Assembly (NCBI GenBank): GCA_963753345.1 | Contig: CAVWBU010000027.1 | Coordinates: 224,001 to 288,000 of the forward strand | Reading direction: 5' to 3' | DNA from: an uncultured Fibrobacterota bacterium | GTDB taxonomy: Bacteria; Fibrobacterota; Chitinivibrionia; Chitinivibrionales; FEN-1185 | Length of the DNA stretch: 64,000 nucleotides | In this document: one piece after another, positions 58,190 through 64,000 of the stretch | Layout of the letters: each line of letters starts with the position of its first letter | How positions within the stretch are numbered: position 1 is the first letter of the stretch | Position numbers and translations under genes: made by a program | The notes under the pieces: model-generated | The model's database searches: none | What the model saw: the letters and a program-made list of their open reading frames with translations, nothing else | What the model was told of the DNA's origin: nothing

Positions 58190-60194
58190 ATATCCGCCTC
58201 CTGTCATCGTAGGTATCTTGGCCAGCTTCAAGCGAGTTCATCACCACCTCATGATTGCCCTTTGTTTTGCCGTCTGTGGAAAACAGCTTCTTGTCCGTGG
58301 GCCGACCCGAATAGAGCCTGTATACCAAATTGCCACCTTCACGCTCCTTGCTTGCATATAGCAAGTAGTCCGCGCCGATGGAGGCTCCGACCGTGCTGTT
58401 GTGCGTTACAACAACAACTGGCATTGATTTCGAGATGTCTCTAATAAGCTGGTCTACGTCGCTCTTTAGGAACATATTGTCGAATGAGGACTCCGGTTCA
58501 TCAATCAGCAGCATATCGTGGTTCTGCGCGTCCTTTATCTCCTGTAGAAGTCTAAATTCGGACCGCTCGCCGCCGGAGACTTCTGCCCCATCCTTGTTAA
58601 GGATTCTGTAATTGATCTTTGCAAACAGCCTATACAACTCTGATGGAGTCAGACTCTGGTTGGATTTGAGGGCTTGTAAGTATTTGTAAGGATGCTCATA
58701 TTGTTTAAAGGCCTCTTTGAATGTAGTTACAACTCCGCTTGCGTCTTTGATTTCGCCAGCCCCGGCAAAGGATCCTTTTCTCGCCTCTACTCTGAATCCC
58801 TGAACGTTCTCCTCAGAGATTACGGCTTCTTTCCGCAGGAAACGCACTATGTCTGTGAATTTTCTAATCCTTTCCTCGTCCATTCTTGCTCCGTAAAAAT
58901 CCACATCAGCGACCTGAACCGCTGACGTTCGCATTCTAAGGCTTTCCTTGATATCTTTGACCAAAGAGTTCACAAGCCTCTTCCTCTTAATCTCCAGCGC
59001 CTTCCCCCAGAGGAGATCGATCAACTCACATGCTAGGTTTTTCAGGGAAGTAACGTCAAGGTATTTTTCGACTACCGACCTATATTCAACGTTTTCGATC
59101 ACATGACGTACGGATTCAATCAATTCTTGCAACACGCGGCTTTGGCTTATTGGGTATTCCACTTCACTGAAGAGGGCCATCTGTGAATAGGCGTCTCGCC
59201 TTTCTGCATCCTCTGCAGTCTTTAGCAGAGATGTGATATATTGCTCAATAGCCCGATTATTGGAATTCAAGTCAATATCGATGACGTCATCAAGAACTGC
59301 TTTGAACCCGGATAGGTACCCTTTGATAAAGCAACTTCGTTTTCTTTGAACGTCATTTTTGAAATCCCGCTCGCATGCGTCCTCATCTTGCTGAACTAAT
59401 GAGAACTGATGAATGTACTTAACGTTTCTATTTGCTTCATTGATTCGGTTCAGGGTATATGTTTTCCCGGACGACCTGTCGCCAATGAGAACATTAAGGC
59501 CCGTCGACAGCTTCTGGCCATTCTCAAGCACCTGAAACAATCGGTTCCCGTCTGCTTCGGACAGCGCAACCTTTCTCTTGTCTTTAAGGCATATTTTGAA
59601 AGCGTCCAGTGACACCTCCCCGCAATCCATATAGGTTTGCCTTGTTGGGAGCGTAGCCAGATCCTCGCTGATTCTCACGTCACTAAACAGAGCAGGCGTG
59701 AGCTTTGACCCATCCTTCAAGGCACGTATGAATTTCTTAGCGCTATCAACCTCTCCGGCCGATACATAACGCCTAATTCGCTCCAATGTCTCGCCCCTTA
59801 TCGAAGGGTCTTTGTCGTAGTGAGGTATGATTAGGTATTCACCCAAGTTCCCAAATATCTTTTCAAGTTTTTCGACCGCAATGCTACCCCCTACTTGAGG
59901 GATTTCTCGGGATATGGAATCGGTCTTGGCCTCAAAATCTTCTAGATCAGACCCGTCGGCAATCACCAAGATGTGTCCCATTTCTACATGAATCTCTATC
60001 CCCGGGAAGACCGGGGCATTCAGCGATTCCTTAATAGTTCTGAATTGGCTGCCATCAAATAGATTGTGATTGGTTACTGCTATGGCATCCAGTCCAGTAT
60101 TTGAAACGTACCTTCTTAGGTTTTCAAGACTGAAGACGAATGGACTGTCCCAGCACGTTGCCAATGTGTGAACATGGAAATCAATCTTCTTCAA
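58170..60194 (-). CDS. PHP phosphoesterase + ABC/AAA ATPase (Ppl/TrlF-like defence protein)
   Basis: IDFHVHT; AVTNHN; PGIE; FSDV; GDRSSGKT; SGGE; LIDEPE; VTHN; TTG start with GGAGG RBS. Confidence 0.88.
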   Translation of the reverse strand: MKKIDFHVHTLATCWDSPFVFSLENLRRYVSNTGLDAIAVTNHNLFDGSQFRTIKESLNAPVFPGIEIHVEMGHILVIADGSDLEDFEAKTDSISREIPQVGGSIAVEKLEKIFGNLGEYLIIPHYDKDPSIRGETLERIRRYVSAGEVDSAKKFIRALKDGSKLTPALFSDVRISEDLATLPTRQTYMDCGEVSLDAFKICLKDKRKVALSEADGNRLFQVLENGQKLSTGLNVLIGDRSSGKTYTLNRINEANRNVKYIHQFSLVQQDEDACERDFKNDVQRKRSCFIKGYLSGFKAVLDDVIDIDLNSNNRAIEQYITSLLKTAEDAERRDAYSQMALFSEVEYPISQSRVLQELIESVRHVIENVEYRSVVEKYLDVTSLKNLACELIDLLWGKALEIKRKRLVNSLVKDIKESLRMRTSAVQVADVDFYGARMDEERIRKFTDIVRFLRKEAVISEENVQGFRVEARKGSFAGAGEIKDASGVVTTFKEAFKQYEHPYKYLQALKSNQSLTPSELYRLFAKINYRILNKDGAEVSGGERSEFRLLQEIKDAQNHDMLLIDEPESSFDNMFLKSDVDQLIRDISKSMPVVVVTHNSTVGASIGADYLLYASKEREGGNLVYRLYSGRPTDKKLFSTDGKTKGNHEVVMNSLEAGQDTYDDRRRIYEATKD

Positions 60195-60356
60195 GAGCGC
60201 CTCCGGGAGCAAAGGACTTCACCATAGACAATGAAAACGGCAGACGTAACTCCGAATCCCAGGCCTTAGTTTCGTGCCACACACTTGCCCTGGGTGCCCA
60301 CCTTCCTCATCCTTGCCAAATCATATCATTGCATGAAGCCCCACGTGAGTAGCTAT

Positions 60357-61329
60357 TTCACCCCGCCCCTCTCCCCATCTCCTCCGCAATAATCTTCCCC
60401 AGCACTTTCAGCGGCACCGGCTTTCCCAGCACGGTCACGTTGAGCGCTTTCATTTCCTTTTCCGCGATTTCCGGAATAAACCCTGAGAGCAACACTTTTC
60501 TCACGTGGGCGGGCGCGGCCGCGGCGAGTTGCATGCCGTCAACAACGGGCATCCTGTAATCGGTTACCAGAAGATCGATGGGATTGTTCTGCACGAAATC
60601 GCGCGCGGTTTGGGCATTGGTGAAGCTATGGACTTGCGCCTGGGGAGCTTCAAGGTTTATGAAGCTTGTCAGGATGTCTGTGATGAACTGTTCGTCGTCC
60701 ACGACCACTACTTCGAGCTCGAGTTTCATAATTCTCCTTGGAGGCGGCTGCCTTTGGCGCTGGAAGCGGATATATTCATTATACTATAAATTGATTCTCA
60801 AGAACGGAACCTTATGTTCCTTTCTTGAATGTGTAGATAGTAAGAATCTGGGCGTTCCCCCGCTTCGCATGAAGACACAAGACTTGGGCGCCCCGCCGAG
60901 TACGGCGGCGGCCCTCGCTCCGGTCCACCCCTTCGGGTGCTTCCAAGGGTCGTCGGCCTTCGGCCTCCGGCCGCCACGGCCCAATGCCGCGGCAGCGGCG
61001 GGTCCGGGCGTCACCGCGTTCCAACGCGGCCTCCGTTCCGGCCTGGCGCTGGGCATAGGACACTACCCAACGTCAATAGTCGCCTGCGCATATTTGGTTT
61101 GTCTTGGCCTTCCTGCCGCCATCAGTGGCGCAGCCGCGCACGGAGCTGTTGAGAACGAGTTGTTTTTGGTTTTTCTTATCGCCATCAGCGCCGCTCCATG
61201 GGACCGGCGGATTGGTCCGCTCGCGTCGTTCAAGGCCGGCATCTTTTGAGGATTGGAAAAATGTCCTGCCGGACGCGTTCGCGAGCGGCCTGCCGGCCAC
61301 ATGGGTATCGGCGGCGCTGCAGGCGCGGC
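60357..61329. repeat. 973-bp direct repeat, copy 2
   Basis: Colinear with 48863-49835. Confidence 0.97.
60358..60729 (-). CDS. Single-domain response regulator, copy 2
   Basis: Near-identical to 48864-49235 with a few amino-acid differences. Confidence 0.92.
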   Translation of the reverse strand: MKLELEVVVVDDEQFITDILTSFINLEAPQAQVHSFTNAQTARDFVQNNPIDLLVTDYRMPVVDGMQLAAAAPAHVRKVLLSGFIPEIAEKEMKALNVTVLGKPVPLKVLGKIIAEEMGRGAG

Positions 61330-61536
61330 GTCTTTTGCCTACTTTTCTTCGCTGCAGAAGAAAAGTAGGTCTGGGTTCGGGAGTGAAGCTCCCGACCCCG
61401 TTCTACCGCAGCGCGAGGGTGCCGGGCGCCTCGGTCATGTTAGAATTTGAAGAGCGACAGTCTCGCGATAATATTCTTGGAGAAAACCCCGTATTACTTG
61501 AGAGGAGGGGATCACTCTGAAAAAGGGAGTTAAACA

Positions 61537-61788
61537 ATGTCGAAAACGCCATGCAATGTTCTCAGACCCGAGGGTAAAGCCGTCAAAAAAACGTCTTCAG
61601 AGACCTCAGCGAGGGTTGCCATGGAGATGAAAGCCGAACTGCTTGGCGCCTTGCTGGATCTCCGGCAGAAGGTCCGCTTACGGGCATATGAAATTTCTCT
61701 TACATGCGACTCTGCTTCCTGTGCGGCCAATGACAACTGGATCAAAGCTGAGCAAGAAGTGAAAAGGACGCCTGCCGCGACAAGATAA
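61537..61788 (+). CDS. DUF2934-like small protein
   Basis: KVRLRAYEI...NWIKAEQEV; GGAG RBS. Confidence 0.7.
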   Translation: MSKTPCNVLRPEGKAVKKTSSETSARVAMEMKAELLGALLDLRQKVRLRAYEISLTCDSASCAANDNWIKAEQEVKRTPAATR

Positions 61789-61913
61789 TCTCGATACAGC
61801 CGTCGCTCCCCTCGATGCATCCCTCCGGGACACTCGGGGAGCGATGTTCGATGAACGGATTACTGTCCTGCCGGTCATTGAGTAGACGCGTAGCGTCGTA
61901 TCGAAATGCCGGC
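61789..61913. repeat. Distal nested A/A''+B hairpin cluster of the GIY-YIG-associated family
   Basis: TCTCGATACAGC[TCGCTCCCCTCGATGC..ACTCGGGGAGCGA]TGTTCGATGAACGG, then GCCGGTCATTGAGTAG..GTATCGAAATGCCGGC. Confidence 0.9.
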
Positions 61914-61918
61914 CCCCG

Positions 61919-62347
61919 TTAGTCATTGCTTCCTTTGTTCTGCATCCCCTCGGAGTGTGCGGCTGCGCCACAGCATAATGCTGCCACATTCTTCTGTTGC
62001 TCCGCAATCACCTTCGCCAATGCCTTGAGCGGCACCGGTTTCTCGAACACGGTAATGTCCAGGTCGTCCGGTTTTTCCCTCACGAATTCCGGAACGTATC
62101 CGGAGACCAGTATTTTCTTTACGCTGCTTGGGACCGAGCTTAAAAGCTCTATCCCGTGGAGGCCAGGCATCTTGTAGTCCGTGATGATGATATCCACGGG
62201 ATTGTTCATTACGAATTCCTAGGCCGCAAGCGGGTCGGTAAAGGTGTGGACATTCACGTCCGGCGACGTTAGAGAGAGAAACATGGCGAGCAGGCCGGTT
62301 ATCTGTTCCTGATCGTCAACCACGACGACTTTGAGGCCGGATTTCAT
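61919..62347 (-). pseudogene. Third single-domain response regulator paralogue with an internal TAG
   Basis: MKSGLKVVVVDDQEQI..DPLAA*EFVMNNPVDIIITDYKMP; stop at 62219-62221. Confidence 0.8.
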
Positions 62348-62486
62348 CACTGCTCCGTTCATGCGATAAGGTGAGACAGGAAGTGACGCAAACGTAGCAA
62401 TGAAGATAATAGAATCGGACTTTTAAGAACGGAACCCATGTTCCCTTCTTGAATGTTTTATGCGGGTATTAAACGGTTAATCACAT

Positions 62487-63344
62487 CTAATTCCTTGAAG
62501 CTCGGTTTCCCCTCTCTTTTCCCTCTTCAGGGATGCCCGAAGGGGCATAAGAGAGGGGATTAAGGGGTGAGTTGTGGTAGCTGGAAATAAAGTCATCAAT
62601 CAGCGGCTTGTTCTTTTTGTAATACCTGCAGAACCTTGCCTCGCTTGTGTAAAAGTCTGCGGTCTGCGGTTCCTTGCCTTTTTTTACGGGGCCGCCCGCT
62701 GTTCCGTTCTTGCAGAGCTTTCCCACCATGTCGAATGCCATTGCATAGAGATGGAAGATGCACAGCGAGTATTTCGGGTCTATGCCCAGGTACTTGGTCC
62801 ATCCGTTTCTCAGGGTCTTGTCGGTCATGTTGAGGCTTCGGGCCAGTTCATTGACGTACAGGGGCCTCTTTTCCAGCAGAGCCTCCATGCACCTGCACAA
62901 AAACGGCGACGGCTGTTGATGGGACCCGGGGAACACGATGCTCATGAGCGCGAGATCGTTTGCCGTGCGCAGCATTTTATCGTGAAAGTCGGGCGTTCCC
63001 TTGGAGATCACCCTTTTCGCGCCATGCGTGCCGCACTCGAAGCCCTTTTCGGTGTTCTCCCTTCCGGTGATCACGACAAACGGCATCTTGTTCCTGTACG
63101 TGTCGAGGAGATGGAATTCGTTGCCCTGCACGTCGCACATCCCGCGGTCCATGATGCACACGTGAACTCGCGCCCCGCCCTCTTCGAGAATGCTGAGGGC
63201 CTCGGAAGTGCTGTCCGCGGTGCTCACGCGGTAAATCGGGAAGAAAACAAAGTTGTCGCGCGATGTCCTGAGGACCGCCGGCTCATCGTCCACAATAAGG
63301 ACGCGCACCGTGTTTCTGAGAAGGGAGAAAAGGTCGTTGGTCAT
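62487..63344 (-). CDS. Response regulator with AraC-like HTH output
   Basis: VLIVDDE; IMDRGM; ITG; VNELARSLNMTDKTLRNGWTKYLGIDPK; start MTNDLF. Confidence 0.8.
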   Translation of the reverse strand: MTNDLFSLLRNTVRVLIVDDEPAVLRTSRDNFVFFPIYRVSTADSTSEALSILEEGGARVHVCIMDRGMCDVQGNEFHLLDTYRNKMPFVVITGRENTEKGFECGTHGAKRVISKGTPDFHDKMLRTANDLALMSIVFPGSHQQPSPFLCRCMEALLEKRPLYVNELARSLNMTDKTLRNGWTKYLGIDPKYSLCIFHLYAMAFDMVGKLCKNGTAGGPVKKGKEPQTADFYTSEARFCRYYKKNKPLIDDFISSYHNSPLNPLSYAPSGIPEEGKERGNRASRN

Positions 63345-63603
63345 GGGGCGCCATGCCATTTCTGCGGGTTGGAACTTGTGTACGGGAATATAGTAATACT
63401 GGGGAGGATTGGCAAGGAGGTTGTAAGGAGGGAAAGCAAATTGAAGTATGAGCCGTACAGGAAAACCGGGCAGGTGATGGGGAAAGGGCAGCGCCAGGGG
63501 GCAATACTTTAACGCTCTTCCGGCCTCCCCCTCCTGCAACCCGCCTCCGGTGGTGGTACTTGACTTTGTGGAAGCCGTATCAAGGTTTGTGGCAGAAATC
63601 TTC

Positions 63604-63749
63604 TGCCCAGCGCCAGGCAGGACTGGAGGTCCCGCAATAGCGGGATGCCGCCCGGACCCGCCGCTACCGCGGCACTGGGCCGTGGCGGCCCGAGGCCGGA
63701 GGCCGAGACCGGAAGGACGGCCGCCGCTGCGGAGCAGCGGGGCGCCCAA
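63604..63749 (-). repeat. Structured TTGGGCG...CGCTGGGCA element, inverted copy
   Basis: Reverse complement shares GGCCGCCACGGCCCA.TGCCGCGG.AGCGGCGGGTCCGGGCG with copy 1 and other blocks with the 52547 copy. Confidence 0.85.
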
Positions 63750-63781
63750 ATCTTTTCTTTCTTTACCTAGTGATATTTTTG

Positions 63782-64000
63782 CTACGCCAGAAACGCATTC
63801 CGTATATGATCGATCTTCCCTTTGTAAATGGTGATCACATCGAACCTGGATCTCCGGTTGCCGCCGTGTTCGGCGAGATACTGGCGCGCGAGCCGCGCGA
63901 TTTTCATCTGTTTTGGCCGCGTCACCCAGAACGCGGGATTCCCCCGCGCGTCGGAGCGCGCGCATTTTACTTCAATGAACACGAGCGTGTTGTTCGGGTC
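63782..64000 (-). CDS. YraN family protein (5' end outside the window)
   Basis: TLVFIEVK..VTRPKQMKI..RFDVI..HIRNAF. Confidence 0.9.
   Translation of the reverse strand, partial: DPNNTLVFIEVKCARSDARGNPAFWVTRPKQMKIARLARQYLAEHGGNRRSRFDVITIYKGKIDHIRNAFLA

Noticed and set aside
44853-60356. Classical integron with attC sites
   Set aside because: No intI, and no consistent RYYYAAC...GTTRRRY boxes found at gene ends by eye.
48863-61329. Composite transposon with IS ends
   Set aside because: The repeats encode a response regulator, not a transposase, and show no terminal inverted repeats.
62219-62221. Amber recoding (pyrrolysine or alternative code) in the third REC gene
   Set aside because: TAG is used as a normal stop elsewhere in the window and no pyl genes are seen; a nonsense mutation or error is simpler.

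Overview
Bacterial chromosomal window; gene style tentatively suggests Fibrobacterota/Chitinivibrionia (inference only). Bases 1-35.5 kb are mostly housekeeping: PAS-HK-REC kinase, gcvT-H-PA-PB, DJ-1 fusion, comEC, rsmI, ruvX, lpxK, prmC, prfA, rpmE, and a cobalamin-riboswitch-led B12 uptake operon. Bases 35.5-62.4 kb are an accessory defence hotspot with no integrase, almost entirely on the minus strand. It holds a RAYT transposase, a GIY-YIG nuclease, a type I R-M system, an OLD nuclease, WYL, an HNH-like gene, dual-OB + 2x DUF488, an SF1 helicase-nuclease, a PHP-ATPase and type III mod remnants. Its non-coding DNA is the most striking part. (i) A small GIY-YIG gene is bracketed by alternating-orientation CTCGATAC...ACTCG hairpins, including a 3.5 x 111-bp tandem array with compensatory stem changes. 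(ii) Related ~24-bp mini-elements sit in-frame in the RAYT gene and nest inside other palindromes, with empty and filled alleles both visible. (iii) A 150-170-bp structured repeat occurs four times. (iv) A 973-bp direct repeat brackets ~10.5 kb of defence cargo. Best candidate for an undescribed system: a GIY-YIG-associated hairpin-repeat mobilisation system operating beside a RAYT/REP system in a repeat-punctuated defence cassette array. All protein calls are by motif recognition; no searches were run.
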